Origin: the human T2T-CHM13v2.0 reference genome, Homo sapiens
Strand: one strand, 5' to 3'
Length of the DNA: 64,000 nt
NCBI RefSeq assembly: GCF_009914755.1
Contig: NC_060944.1
The translations under genes were made by a program, and so were the position numbers. The notes under the pieces are model-generated. The model worked only from the letters and a program-made list of their open reading frames with translations, did not search any database and was not told where the DNA came from. Of this stretch, positions 26,547 through 42,070 are shown piece by piece. Positions within the stretch are counted from its first letter, which is position 1, and every line of letters begins with the position of its first letter.

Positions 26547-27269
26547 GTGCAGAGTCTTCTTGCCTAGAGCAGACTTTACCTTCATCATCTCTGATCCCTC
26601 AAGCAACGCTACTCCTCAGCTCACTCCTCAACTCACCGCCACCTGGGTACGTGTGATTCAAATCACCAGAGGCCCCCCAGTCACTGGACTCTCAGGCTGA
26701 CCTCGGGCTCTGTGACCTTCATAGCACTGCCTCTGCTGACCCTTCCCAAGTCTCCTTCCCCTGGTCTCCAGGGCACCAGACTCCCCTGGTTCTCCTCCTC
26801 CTGCTGTGACAGCTCCTCCTCTGCCACCTTTAAGGGATGTGGCTCTCAGTTCTCTAAGCCTCCCCTTCTCCCACTGGAGGCCATCCTGGGAGGTCGGAGC
26901 CAATTCCCAGGACTTCACCTCAGATCTCATTGCTGACAGCTCCCATGACAACATCTGCAGCCAGGATCTGGTTTCTTAGTCTAGACCACGTGGCCACATA
27001 CCCACCAATCTCTTGCCTTTCCACAGAGGTGAGATCATGGTTCATCCAAGAAGGCCCATGGGTACATGAGACTCAACGCTTCCACTTCCAAAATGAAACC
27101 CGTCCTCCCTGCCCAACCTCATCCCCACACAGACCTCCTCTCCTGTGTGCTAAATCTCAGCTGGCCAAGTGCACCACGTGAACAAAACAATCTCGACACT
27201 CAACCTCTTCCCCTTCCCCATCCACAGCAGCTCCAGAAAAACAGCAGCAGCCCCTGCCCCTTACCGAGC

Positions 27270-27480
27270 ACTTCCGGTGCTAAGCCCACTTGCTCTAATT
27301 CATTCAGACCTTACCTTTGTGGGTAGGCACTGTCACTGTCCCTGCTTTTCAGGGGATAGATGATGGAGAGTTTCCGCAGGTGACACTGCCAGTGAGCAGC
27401 AGAGCTGCCCGGGTGGCACGCAGCCCTCCTGGTGGCTGGCCCTGCCACCTGCGTTCTTAATGCCTCTCTACACCACTACG
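27270..27480 (-). mobile_element. Degenerate MIR overlapping MIR3194
   Basis: gtgctaagc...gtgggtaggcactgtcactgtccctgctttt...ggtgacactgccagtgagcagcagagctg...gttcttaa follows reverse MIR consensus order. Confidence 0.55.
27378..27450 (-). ncRNA. MIR3194: Intronic pre-miRNA hairpin mir-3194 (5p 27421-27441 GGCCAGCCACCAGGAGGGCUG; 3p 27385-27406 AGCUCUGCUGCUCACUGGCAGU)
   Basis: The 73-nt minus-strand sequence AGGUGGCA...UGUCACCU folds back on itself. Mature sequences match my recollection of hsa-miR-3194-5p/3p. Same strand as the host gene. Confidence 0.88.
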
Positions 27481-29020
27481 TCCCATCAAACCTCAGTGAC
27501 ATCTGCCTTCTAAACCACTCCCGACCCATCCCTGCATCTCCCTTCCCCACTGCCACAGCCTTACTTAATACCTTTTTTGTTATTTTTCGCAAAGGCGTCA
27601 TCAAACCCTTTTAAAATAAATTCTGCCTCTTGTTATGCTTCCAACTGTGAGAATGCAGTTGTCACACCCCGGTCACATGTCCAGCCCATCCCAGAAGGAT
27701 GATTTGTGCGAGACTGGAAGAAGCACTCTTTGCCTAAGACAGTCTGCTTCCCCCTGCCAGAAGTTGTCTTACTAACGTGTAAACTGGTGATGTATCCAAT
27801 TTGAATGGCAGCCCTCAGAGGAGGTGCCCTTGTACAGTGCACAATCCCTCCAACTGGACAACTCACCTGTTATATTCTCGGATTGTTCTAAGGACAATAA
27901 ACAAATAGACAAACATCAACACCCCTTTGAAGTAACCTACTGAAATCATGTCTGTTAAGGAAAAGGAAAATTGGTTCTAGTATCCAAAATAAGTGTCCCA
28001 AGTTATTTGAGCTAATTTCCTTCTAACAACACATTTGTTTCATTAATTATTGCTTAATCTGATATTTTCCTACTTCAGATCAGCATCTTTTCTACCACAT
28101 ACCCACTGAAAAAGACACCGATAGTACACCAAAGGAAGAATACACGTGGTGAATAAACAAAACATTATGCGTCTCAGAGCAAGGAAATGCAAAGTAGAAA
28201 GAAGTACCAATTCCACAATGATTCCTTTTTAATTTAAAAAAATGGCATTTCTGGGATGGGGGTGAAACTATGACTGACATGATGGCAACTTCAATTTGTA
28301 GATTTCTGGAAGGTAATTTAGCAATATGTATTTAAAGTCCTCAGAATGACTATCCAAAATTCCACTGCTGGGAATAAACCCTAAATAAACTAAAAAGATA
28401 TACATATAGATTCATGTACAAGATTAATTAATCCTAGAAGTATAAGCTGATTCACTGCAGAACTACTTATAATAAAAATACAAGTAGCCAATATTAATTG
28501 GCTTATGCTGTACTTGGCACTATTATAATTACGTGACATGTATTAGCTCATTTAACCTCCATGACAACTTTATGGGGTAAGAAATTTTAACGGTTAGGTA
28601 ATATGCCTCGGATCACCAAGCAAGCAGATAACAAACCCAGAATTTGAACCCAAGATATCCAGGGCCAGAGTATGCATGCTTTATCACTGTGCTGTTTGGC
28701 CTCCCTTCTTGATAATAGCAAAAAGTTTTAAAAATTTCCTTCCTTATGTAAAAAAGTAATTTTAAAAAAAGGATTGAGGGTGGGAGATAATCTCATTTTC
28801 TGTCAAAATGACCTAGAAGAGTTAAAATGTAGAATGGCACATTCATGCAATGGCGAATGGTATGGCCATCACAATCCCTGAAGACACGCTGAGTAAAAAG
28901 AGCAGGGTATAAAACTGCACGGTGGGATCTACCCCCCAAAACCAAAGTTGTATATAATAAAGAGATGGTCACTTTTGCATGATTCTGGGGGACAGAGAAA
29001 GAGCTCAAAAATCCACTGAC

Positions 29021-29161
29021 CTGTGGTCTTCTCAGTAAACACAACTTTGGACTCGGATGTAAAGTTCTGCCCCGTGAGGATCATTTGCTGGCCGCCATAG
29101 ACCAGGCAGCTGTCTGTGTCTTGTCTTTCAACCATGGGCAGCTCGTGAGCAGATCGCTGGG
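29021..29161 (-). CDS. NFATC2: NFATC2 coding exon (exon 6, 141 nt): (S)QRSAHELPMVERQDTDSCLVYGGQQMILTGQNFTSESKVVFTEKTT(D), linker and start of the IPT/RHD-C domain
   Basis: Acceptor ctctctcttttgcctgcag|CC, donor ACAG|gtcagt; phase 1-1. Confidence 0.97.
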
Positions 29162-30180
29162 CTGCAGGCAAAAGAGAGAGAAGTCACTGTGATGAGGGGA
29201 GATGTCTGTTCAAAAGAGGAGGTCTGATTTCATGGTACTGAGATATGACATGCTCTGCCCACCTGTGTCACCTGTTGTTATCTAAAATGTGGAACCATCA
29301 CCCCTGACAATCAATGACGTACAAATGTTATGCCTTGTGAAAGTGCTCTAAGTCATTTGAGCTAATTTCCCTCTAACAACACATTTCGTTTTCATGAATC
29401 AAGGGACAGAGGCCTGTTCTCCTTACAGGAAGCCAGAGGCTGCCTGTTGTCCTTATAAGGAGAACAGGTACATGAGAATTGGTTTTCTTTATCCTTTTAT
29501 AAAGGGATGGGCAAATAAACTTCTTTATAAGAGGTTTCCTTTGTTAAAGCATATCCTTTCTTTGTACATTTGATGTCAGCCAAAACATGAAGGCATCATG
29601 TATGCTAAGCTTAGGATATAGTACCTGAAGGGTTTAGACATATTGACTTTGGAATTCATTTATGATCTTTAACATAGTCGTTAAGACATCCATGATCTAC
29701 CCATGGGGTCCTTTTCTAGAACTCTCCCTCATTCACTCTGTTCCAGCCACACTTCTAGAACATTCTGTCTCTCAGATATACTCAGCATACTCCTACCTTT
29801 GAGCATCTGCACTTCCTAGTGTCTGTCCTCCCCAGTTACCTGCATGTCTCCCTTCTCCACTTCTTGCAGGTCTCTACTCAGCTGTCACCTCCTCTGGGAG
29901 GCTTCTTTAACCCACCCCATCCCCTCCCAAGAGTTAAAACAGCAGTACCCAGCCCGGTCCCTCTCTCTCATTCTCTGTCACCTTTGCTTTCTCTGTCCTA
30001 CTTTGCTTTTCTCCATAGAGCTTTTCACTTTCAGATACATTATATGTAGCTTGTATTGGTTTATCTTCTTTCATCTTTAACCTACTAGCATATAAGCCCA
30101 GGAAGGAGGGGCTTCGCTTTGTGTACTGCTGTAAGCCTAGACCAGGAATAGTGCCAAGAACCTAGGAGGAGAACGTACTA

Positions 30181-30632
30181 GTTGGTGGGTGGGTGGGTGG
30201 ATGGGTGGGTGGGTGGGTGGGTGGATGGATGGATAGATGGGTGGATGGATGGATGGATGGATGAGTGGATGGGTGGGTGGGTGGGTGGGTGGATGGATGA
30301 ATTGATGGGTGGGTGGGTGGATGGGTGGGTGGGTAGATAGATGGGTGGATGGATGGATGAGTGGATGGGTGGGTGGGTGGGGGGGTGGGTGGATGGGTGG
30401 GTGGGTAGATGGATGGATGGATGAGTGGATGGGTGGGTGGGTGGGTGGATGTGTGGGTGGGTAGATGGATGGATGAGTGGATGGGTGGGTGGGTAGATGG
30501 ATGAATGGATGGGTGGATGGGTGGATGGATGGGTGGGTGGGTGGATGGATGGGTGGAAGGGTGGGTGTGTGGATGGGTGGGTGGGTGGACAGATGGGTGG
30601 GTGAGTGGATGGATGGGTGGGTGGATGAATGG
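30181..30632. repeat. About 450-bp (GGAT/GGGT)n simple repeat at the tail of an L2 (L2 spans about 29700-30180)
   Basis: Seen directly; explains the HP-rich spurious ORF 30137..30670. Confidence 0.95.
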
Positions 30633-31788
30633 ATATGAATATGTCTGTATCTCCCAGTATGTATTCTCAATACATCTATTTACATCTATGTCCTCATCTA
30701 TATTTTAATAAATGAAAAATGGAGGAACAGGACAGGCCTGTGCTGAGCACTAAACCAGAATGCTATAGTTGAATGCTCATAGCAACCCTCTGAGGAAGGA
30801 AGTATTAAAATGATTCGCATTTGACTGGGGAGAAAACCAAAGCTAAGAGGAGTAAAGTCACCGCTTGGCCAAGGATCCATGGTGAAGCTTACATTTGAAC
30901 CCTCAAAAGCAGGTTTCTCCAGCTCCAGCGCCCAATCTCTTAGGTTAACTAGCCAGCCACCTATTCCAGAAGCCAGGCTGCAGAAAAGAATGAAAACCTG
31001 CTCCAGCCACCTTCCCAGGGCAGGCAAGAAACAGATCCCAGCCACAGCCAGGGCCCCACCTCCTCAGGCCTCTCTCCTTCCAGCGTGGGCCAAGAGGCCA
31101 GGCCCGCCCCCTGGGGTGAGTCAGTCTGAGCTCTTGGCATTCCTCCCCAAGCCCAGAGAACTGGGCAGAGGGCCAGCCCCTTCCATGGCAGGAGCCTACG
31201 GACCTCCCCATCCGCGAGCCTGGGCAGCAACCGCGTGAGGCCCACGGCCCAATTCTAACCCTTCCCTCCTGCCTTGCCTGGGCCTCCAGGCCACTGGCAT
31301 CCCCCTGCATCTGCTGGGGCCACTCAATGGAGCAACGATGCACTTGGCAACATTTCAGGAGTCGCCGTGCACCAGCCAGAGGCTTCCAGACACTCCACCT
31401 TGAGAGTGCCACCCAGCAGTGACTCAAACCAATCCCCTGATGGCTTTTCCCAACCCCAGCTCAGCCCAGGCACCCTCTGTTCCCAGAGACCCGCCTGCCA
31501 GCGCTGCCCCAGGGGCTGCCGGCTACAAGGATAGATTACAAAGACCTCTCCGCAGAAGCTGCTAATCTCTCCCACATGGGCTGGGTTATTAATCCTTTCT
31601 TTCAATATCAAAGTTTTGTGATGACTTCCTAATTGAGCTGCCACAAATGAGATTTATTAGCAGCAAGAGCAGCAGCTGCAGGTTCAGGCTTTGAAGATCT
31701 GCCTTTGATGAAACTGGGGAGCAGCTGGGGGCTTTTGGCCCCGGGGATGGGTGGTGCAGTGGCGAGAGCATCCCACCCATTTTACAGG

Positions 31789-31804
31789 TGGAAAGCCTGA
31801 GTCA
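31789..31804 (+). promoter_or_regulatory. Candidate NFAT:AP-1 composite element TGGAAA-gcc-TGAGTCA
   Basis: GGAAA, 3-nt spacer and perfect TRE, the same geometry as IL2 ARRE-2; motif match only. Confidence 0.45.
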
Positions 31805-32159
31805 TCGCTACTGGGCAAGCCAGCCCAAGGCTTGCAGCCAGGAGGCCTGGGGACTGGAAGGGGCTGCAAGCTCTCAGTGCTGGGCGGGAGGCTGGCGCGG
31901 ACAGTTGGGCTGTGAATCACTGCACGCTGCTGTGAACACAGCTCCTCTCTTTCCTGCGGCAGCCTCGTTGCTTCCCCCTTCAAAGCCTCATAGTCTCAGC
32001 AACCAACAGATTCAACCTTTGCCAAGTCTGCATTTCCTACCTCCCTACCTGAAGGAAAACTTTTTTTTTTTTAATGAAAATTTAAAGAGACAGAAAAAAG
32101 AGAAAACAGTGAGAGTCTAATCCAGCTGCCTGGACGCCTTTAGCTATATTCTAGTACTA

Positions 32160-32670
<511 letters not shown>

Positions 32671-32692
32671 AGCCCAGGGCCCAATTCTAAAG

Positions 32693-32936
32693 CAAGGTTT
32701 CTCAACCTTGACACTATTGCCATTTGGAGCTGGGTAATTCTTTGTTGTCAGCAGGCAGGGGGTGTCCTGGGGGTGTCCTGGGCATTGTACAATGTTTAGC
32801 AGCATCCTTGGGTTCTACCTATCAGATGCCAGGAGCACCCTACCCCCCAGCTGTGACAACCAAGATTGTCTCCAGACAAGGCTGGATATCCCCTGGGGAA
32901 GAGGGGTGCAAAATCATCCCTGGTTGAGAACAGCTG
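32693..32936. mobile_element. MER20
   Basis: TIRs caaggtttctcaacc / ggttgagaacagctg; 8-bp TSD ttctaaag/ttctagag. Confidence 0.9.
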
Positions 32937-33014
32937 TTCTAGAGATTCTGACTTAAATGGTCTGAGGGTCAGGACCCCAGCATTGTTTTTATCTTAAAAA
33001 AAAAAAAATCTTCA

Positions 33015-33323
<309 letters not shown>

Positions 33324-33624
33324 ATCTTCAAATGATTACAAGAGGCCACAGCCAGGTTTTATCTGTGGTACCATCACTGCAGGGTAATACAGGGCCCTGG
33401 GAGCTGCAAGAGAATACATCATTAACTGCTGCTTGGGCTCCGGGGTCAGAAAGCCATGGTTTTGAGTCCTGCATCTGCCATCCCTGCTCTGTGACCCTGG
33501 GCAAGTCACTTCACCTAAGTCACAGATGCCTCCTCTGTAAGGTCACAACAGTACCTGCCCTCACGGGTCTGCTTCAAGCAGTACAAGACCCTGCATATGA
33601 CTATATGGACGCAGTCAGTACATA

Positions 33625-34530
<906 letters not shown>

Positions 34531-35133
34531 GGAGAAAATATCCTATATAAGACAAAACAGCCCATGCTTAGCACACAGTAACAACTCAAGACATGATGGT
34601 CTTTGCTATCGTTGACTTTCAAAAATGCCCCTCTTTTTCTTGCTAAGTTATTTTCACAACACTTTATTTGTTTAAACCCTTAAATCATAGCCCTACAGCA
34701 AGGAAGACACTATCACTCCCATCTAGAGAGGAGAGGACAGATGCTCAGAGCTCAGCTTCAGTGAAGGGCAGCACGTGCTCTTGGTTAAGGCTATAGTGTT
34801 GGACACCCCCCTGGTTGATCCTTGTAGGGGTTTTCACAGCTCTGAGCCTCAGTCTCCCCATCTGTAAAATGGGGCTGTTAACAGTCCCACTTCACAGGTC
34901 ATTACGAGGATTAAACAAGTTCATCAAAAGCGTGTCTGGCTTAATAAACATGGGTCAGCAAGGTTAGCAACACTAAAAGCTGTAGCTTCTGAGAGGCTGT
35001 ATGTGCCAGCCATAGACATTGTTGTCTTATATATTTTAGCATATATGTACCAAACATATGCATGTGTGTACACAGGTCACCTCTGTGGTCACTGCTGTTC
35101 TCGGTGAATCCTGAGCCATAACCCAGGTTTCTT

Positions 35134-35269
35134 CTTCTTTTTTTTTTTTAATAGAGACTGGATGTTGCCATGTTGCCTAGGCTGATCTCAAACACCTGAG
35201 CTCAGGCGATCCGCACGCCTCGCCCTCCCAAAGTGCTGGGATCATAGGCATGAGCCACTACGCCTGGCC
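35134..35269 (-). mobile_element. Alu monomer (FLAM_C-like)
   Basis: Single left arm; TSD cccaggtttctt. Confidence 0.88.
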
Positions 35270-35291
35270 CAGGTTTCTTGACCCCAGTTGC

Positions 35292-35492
35292 CAGTGTTTC
35301 TCAAAGTGTGGCTCTCAGGTCACCTGTAGCAGAATCTTCCCCCAGCAACGCAGGGTCAGAAGGTGCTAGATAAAAATGCAGATACCCAGGCCACATCCCT
35401 CACCCTCTGTGCCCCAATCTCTCGGGCAGAGGCCAGACATTTGCATTTTAACAATCTTTCCGGGTGACTTGTCACGCACGTTTGCTTAAGAG
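35292..35492. mobile_element. MER5-family MITE
   Basis: cagtgtttctcaaagtgtgg...aaaaatgcagatacccaggcc...tttgcattttaacaa. Confidence 0.75.
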
Positions 35493-36330
35493 CCAAGTTC
35501 CACACTTAAGAGGCCACCTGAGGACGGGGAACTCCTCCAGGGCAGGCCCCAGTCCTCAGAGAACCCAGAGGCAAAGCAATTAGCTTTTGAAAGAGGAACT
35601 GAAGCCAGCGCACAGCAGCCCAAATTACCCTCCTGAGCTCTACTTCTCTATTGCTCTCTGATGCAACCTCCATCACCTATGGCTGCTAATTGGGGTGACA
35701 GGTCCAGGGTGGGTGGGAGGCTCTAAGGAAGCCCAGTGGGCCTCCCAGGCTTGCACCCACCCTCCTCATCAGCCCCCCTTTCTCCCATTCATTTCTGAGA
35801 CTGCAGACAATCCAAACCGCACAGCCTGCAGTTTTCCAACCAAACCAGGCACCTTGCTTTTAAAGTCATCTTTGAGGGTCTGGCTCAGGCCTGCGGGTGA
35901 AGTCTTGACCTCTGCTCCAGCTTAAGCTTCAAGGTGGCCCCTGCAAAGTGACTTCCCCAGGCTTCCCTCCTGCCCCTGGATTCTGGCACGTCATAAAGTG
36001 GCTTGGGGGGGCTCTTGTATTTTATGAGCTCTGAATCAACAGGACGCTGTTGGTTTAACCAGTTTGGGTGTTGACTTTGTCTTGCAACTGTGCCCACCTG
36101 CAGCACAGCAGCAGCCACCGCAGAGGTTCAGCGAAGAAAACTGACACCGGCACAGGGTTCCCCCACATCGCCCAAGTAGGCCTGGAAATGGGAAGTTATT
36201 GCCTGACTATCTGAAATTCGCCGTCAAGCCGGGTGGCCAAGAATTACGATCTATCCAAGAACCTCAGGAGAGACTGGTTAGAGAAATTCGCTCCTACAGA
36301 GAGGGCAGTTTCTGTTAATAACAGCGGACA

Positions 36331-37017
<687 letters not shown>

Positions 37018-38799
37018 TTAAAAATATTATAAAACGCCCACACCAAGAAGCAATTTAGGGTTCACACGTAAAAGTAACATTCTAATTTTGGGACTTTGAG
37101 CAAGACACTTAATTTCTTTGCCTCTGTTTTTCATCTATAAAATGGGAATATCACAGCACTAACCTCACTGGGCTGCCTGCAGATTAAATGAGCTAATCCA
37201 TGGGCCTGCGTGGCATCTCATCAGGACTCAGTGAATGTTAGTTGTGTTTATTTTTATTGCTAAACTTCATGAGACCACAAAGCAGGAATCACTCCCGTTT
37301 TAGAGTAGAAGACATTGATCCTCCCAGAGGAGAAGGAATAAGCTTGGGAGCTCACAGCAAATGGACAAGCAGAATTTGGACCTACACTGGGGGATTCCGC
37401 TACCCCATGGGACCCTCTGCAGTGAAACGGAGGACTTCGTGGGAAAGACACCGGCCAGCCCAGGCAAGAAGGTTCCTCCCATTGGTCATCGTTCTGGCCC
37501 GAGCACTGAGCAACCCTGGCCTTGGCGCTCCAGCTGCTGTCAGCCCTTCTTGTCTCTGTATCAGGCCCCATCCTTGGCTGTGAGCCTGGTCTGGCTGGGC
37601 CTGGCTTGGCCCAGAATGTGCTGCCGACTCAGGCATCTCCCGGGAGAGGCTGTGAGCAGGGCCAGCAGACAGGCCCCTCAGCCTCCACTCTGGCTGTTCC
37701 CTGGGTCTTCCCTGGGAAGTGGGAGAGTGGAGGGGAACCAAAATCTCCCCTAGTGTGGGGCTCACCTCTTTGAGGGAACCACTGAGGTCCACAGCAAGGG
37801 AGTGGGGTATGATGTGTGCAAATGCATGAGACACACAGTGAGTGACAAAGTTGTAGCTGTGGGCCTCGGTGGCGGGGGGCCTCAGCTTCAGCTTTCTCAT
37901 ATGGAGAAATGCAGCAGCACGGCCCCTCCTGTGAGACTTTCCTATCTCATCCACTCCACAGGACATCAGGGAGAGTAGGAGCTGCTGTCTCTCCTCCCAT
38001 CAGATCATTACTCTACCATTCCAATGTACTAACAGGCACCCTCTTCAGAATATTCTCAGTCCAAAACCTGATGAGCTCTGGATCACTGAGGAACCCAGGC
38101 AGCCGGGACAGAGAAAAGAAGATGGCTTTAACCCCAGCTCTGCCCCTGCCTTGCCAGCCGTGGGACTGCAGCAAGTCACTCATCCTTCGGAGCCTCAGCC
38201 TGCAGGCGCCCACACCCTGCAAGGGTGCTTTTCTGTGCCTCCATCACTGGCATATTATCAAATGCTTCGAACAAATGAACTGAGCAAACGTTTAAGATGG
38301 GCCTTCTGAGGTTATGATGAGGATGGAAATGAGTTAACCTCAGTGCATCTGTGGGTACATCGTAGGTGTTCAGAAGGGCACTCTGCCTTCCCAGCTCCCT
38401 CATAAGTAGCCCAGTAAAGGGCCGGGTAGGTAACTATTTCAATCAGCAAAGAAGCCACCCCAATCCTGGGCTCTCCAAAAAAAAACAACTTTCCTCCACT
38501 CACTCATCAGGTGGCCCACCCCACTGGGCCAGATAACTATTGGGGTTCCTTCCCAGCAGCAGGGTATGTTGCAGGCTGTCTGCTCGACTCTCCTCTCACA
38601 CCGGCCTACTGCTGCCTGGGTTTCAGACTCCTGCAGTGACAGGGTGGCAGCCAGAGGTACGTAAAGCCTGCTTTACAGAACTACGGGAGGGCTGCAGGCA
38701 AGACAATGAGATCCGTCCACACTGGGCCACCACAAAGGCCACCACAAAGGAGGCACTTGAGTTACCCTGTGGGATCACGTCTGGCACTTACTGTGTGAG

Positions 38800-38985
38800 A
38801 CACACACGCATTTAACCGCCACCCTGAGGGAGGTACTATTATTCTCCCCATTTTACAGATAGGGAAAGTGAGGCACAGAGTGTTTAAGTAATCTCCCCAG
38901 GACTAAGCAGCCAGTAAGTGGCAGAGGCAGGATTTGAACCCAAGCTACCTGCTCCAAAGCCCACATTCCTAACCGCCACTCTAAA
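38800..38985 (-). mobile_element. MIR
   Basis: ccccattttacagatagggaaagtgaggcacagag...gtaagtggcagaggcaggatttgaaccc. Confidence 0.88.
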
Positions 38986-39599
38986 CTGCTTCTCCCCATC
39001 ATGCAGCTTTCTGGCACTTCTGAAATAGGGCTTCTTGGTCACTTGCCTTCGAGAGCAGAGGCTGACAAAGGCCTGGCCAACCTGCTCTCTGCCCAATGCT
39101 CCAGTTTCATCCAAGATTTACCACTACAGGATCTTGAAGGAGACAATCTAGTGCCGGGGGGTGGGGGGATGAGGAGTGGGGTGGGCAGGTGCCCACAGCC
39201 CCCTGGAGGCCCTTGAGCTGGTCTCTGATTTATAATGAGATGATGCCACCCTTTGGGTTTCTGGCCCAAATTAATCTATCACTCAATATGTAGTTAAGGC
39301 TTGATGCCCCGAGGCTCAGTGGGATGCAATGTTACCACTGGCTTGCCCCTCACTAGCTGGATGGCCGCAGGCAAGCTCACTTCTCCATGCTACAGTTTTT
39401 CCAGCCTCTTCTCATACTGATTCAGCCACAATACAGAACGTACTTGACACACAGCAGATGATTAATAACTTCATTTCTCTACACCTCTTCCCTGTCCTGT
39501 CCCTCTCATCTTCTTTCTTCCTTCATTCTGCCTTCAAGTATTGATTAGCACCTACTATGTGCTAGGCTGTGTGCTAAATGAATATTAAAATAGAAATCA

Positions 39600-39880
<281 letters not shown>

Positions 39881-40494
39881 CTATATATGTAGAAATCACA
39901 TCATGTCAACCTCCTACTTGGAACCCATGGCTTCCCATCCTAATTAGAATAAAATCCGAATCCCCCAGCTTGGGCTCAGACCTCACCTCCGACCCCTCAC
40001 CCCACCTATAACACTCCACACAGTCTCCCTGGGTACCTTTCTCCTCCCTGGAGACCCTGAGCTTATCCCTGCCTCAGGGCCTTTGTACTGGCTATACTTC
40101 CCCGTGGACCAATCACTCAGGTCCTGGTGAACAAGCTCCATCCTCACAGGGGCCTTCCCTGATCGGCATGACAGACACATATTTAACCAGCCTACCAACA
40201 TGGTGATGTTGCTGTTCCCGCACTCCCAAGCCACCAACCCGTGGTCCTTGTTATTTTCATCATGACACTTGGCTCTCAAATGCTGTCTTTGCTTGTTTAC
40301 TGTCTGTCTTCCCCACTAGAATGTAACCTTTGTGAGGGCAGGGACTTTGTTTTGTTCAGTGTTGCATCCCTAGTGCCCAGAACAGTATATATCACATGCC
40401 AAATGTATTTTAAGTTGAAAGAATAAATATTGGGAAGCCCACGATAATGATGTGAGTCATTTCAGCTTCCGGCAGGAGCAGCTGAACAAGATGA

Positions 40495-40878
<384 letters not shown>

Positions 40879-41285
40879 TGAAGCAATGCTGCATTAGCAC
40901 CCAACCGCCAGCTAGACCCAGGAGAGTAAAGTGAGGGATAAAACGGAAGGTGTGCAAGAAGCATCGGGGTCGTAGGTTGTCTAATCTTTTGCTTTCAGGA
41001 AAAAAAAAAGGCATCAGAAATAGCTGAATTTCCACAGGGAAAACAATGGAGCTGGACCCTACCCCACACGATACACAAAAACCAACCTGCACGGATCAGA
41101 GCCCCAAACATGAAACCAGAACCGAAAAGCTTCCAGAAGAAAATGTGACAGAATGTCTTTGCTACCTTCAGATAGGCAGAGATTTCCTGGAGGAATGCAA
41201 AAAGCACTAATCCCAGAAGAAAAGAAAATGACAAATTTGGCTTCATCAAAATAAAATATGAATGTTCATAAAAAGACACTCCCTG

Positions 41286-41586
41286 GGCTGGGCGCAGTGG
41301 CTCACGTCTGTAATCCCAGTAGTTTGGGAGGCCGAGGCGGGCAGATCGCCTGAGGTCAGGAGTTCAAGACCAGCCTGGTCAACATGGTGAAACCCCATCT
41401 CTACTAAAAATACAAGAATTAGCTGGGCATGGTGGCAGTCGCCTGTAATCCCAGCTACTCGGGAGGCTGAGGCAGGAGAATCGCTTCAACCTGGGAGGTA
41501 GAGGTCACAGTGAGCCAAGACTGCGCCATTGCACTCCAGCCTGAGCAACAAGAGCGAGACTTAGTCTCAAAAAAAAAAAAAAAAAA
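41286..41586 (+). mobile_element. Alu (AluS-type)
   Basis: Full dimer. Confidence 0.95.
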
Positions 41587-41754
41587 GACACAAGACATTA
41601 CCTGAAAATAAACAGGTAAGCCACAGACAGGGAAAAATATACACAAATCTGACAAAGGACTTATGTCCAGAATATATAAAGAACTGATGCATATTAACAA
41701 TAAAAATATGAATAACCCAGTTAAAAATGGGCAAATATTTGAACAGACAATTTA

Positions 41755-42070
<316 letters not shown>

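Noticed and set aside
30137-30670. His/Pro-rich 177-aa ORF
   Set aside because: Translation of the (CCAT/CCAC)n simple repeat.
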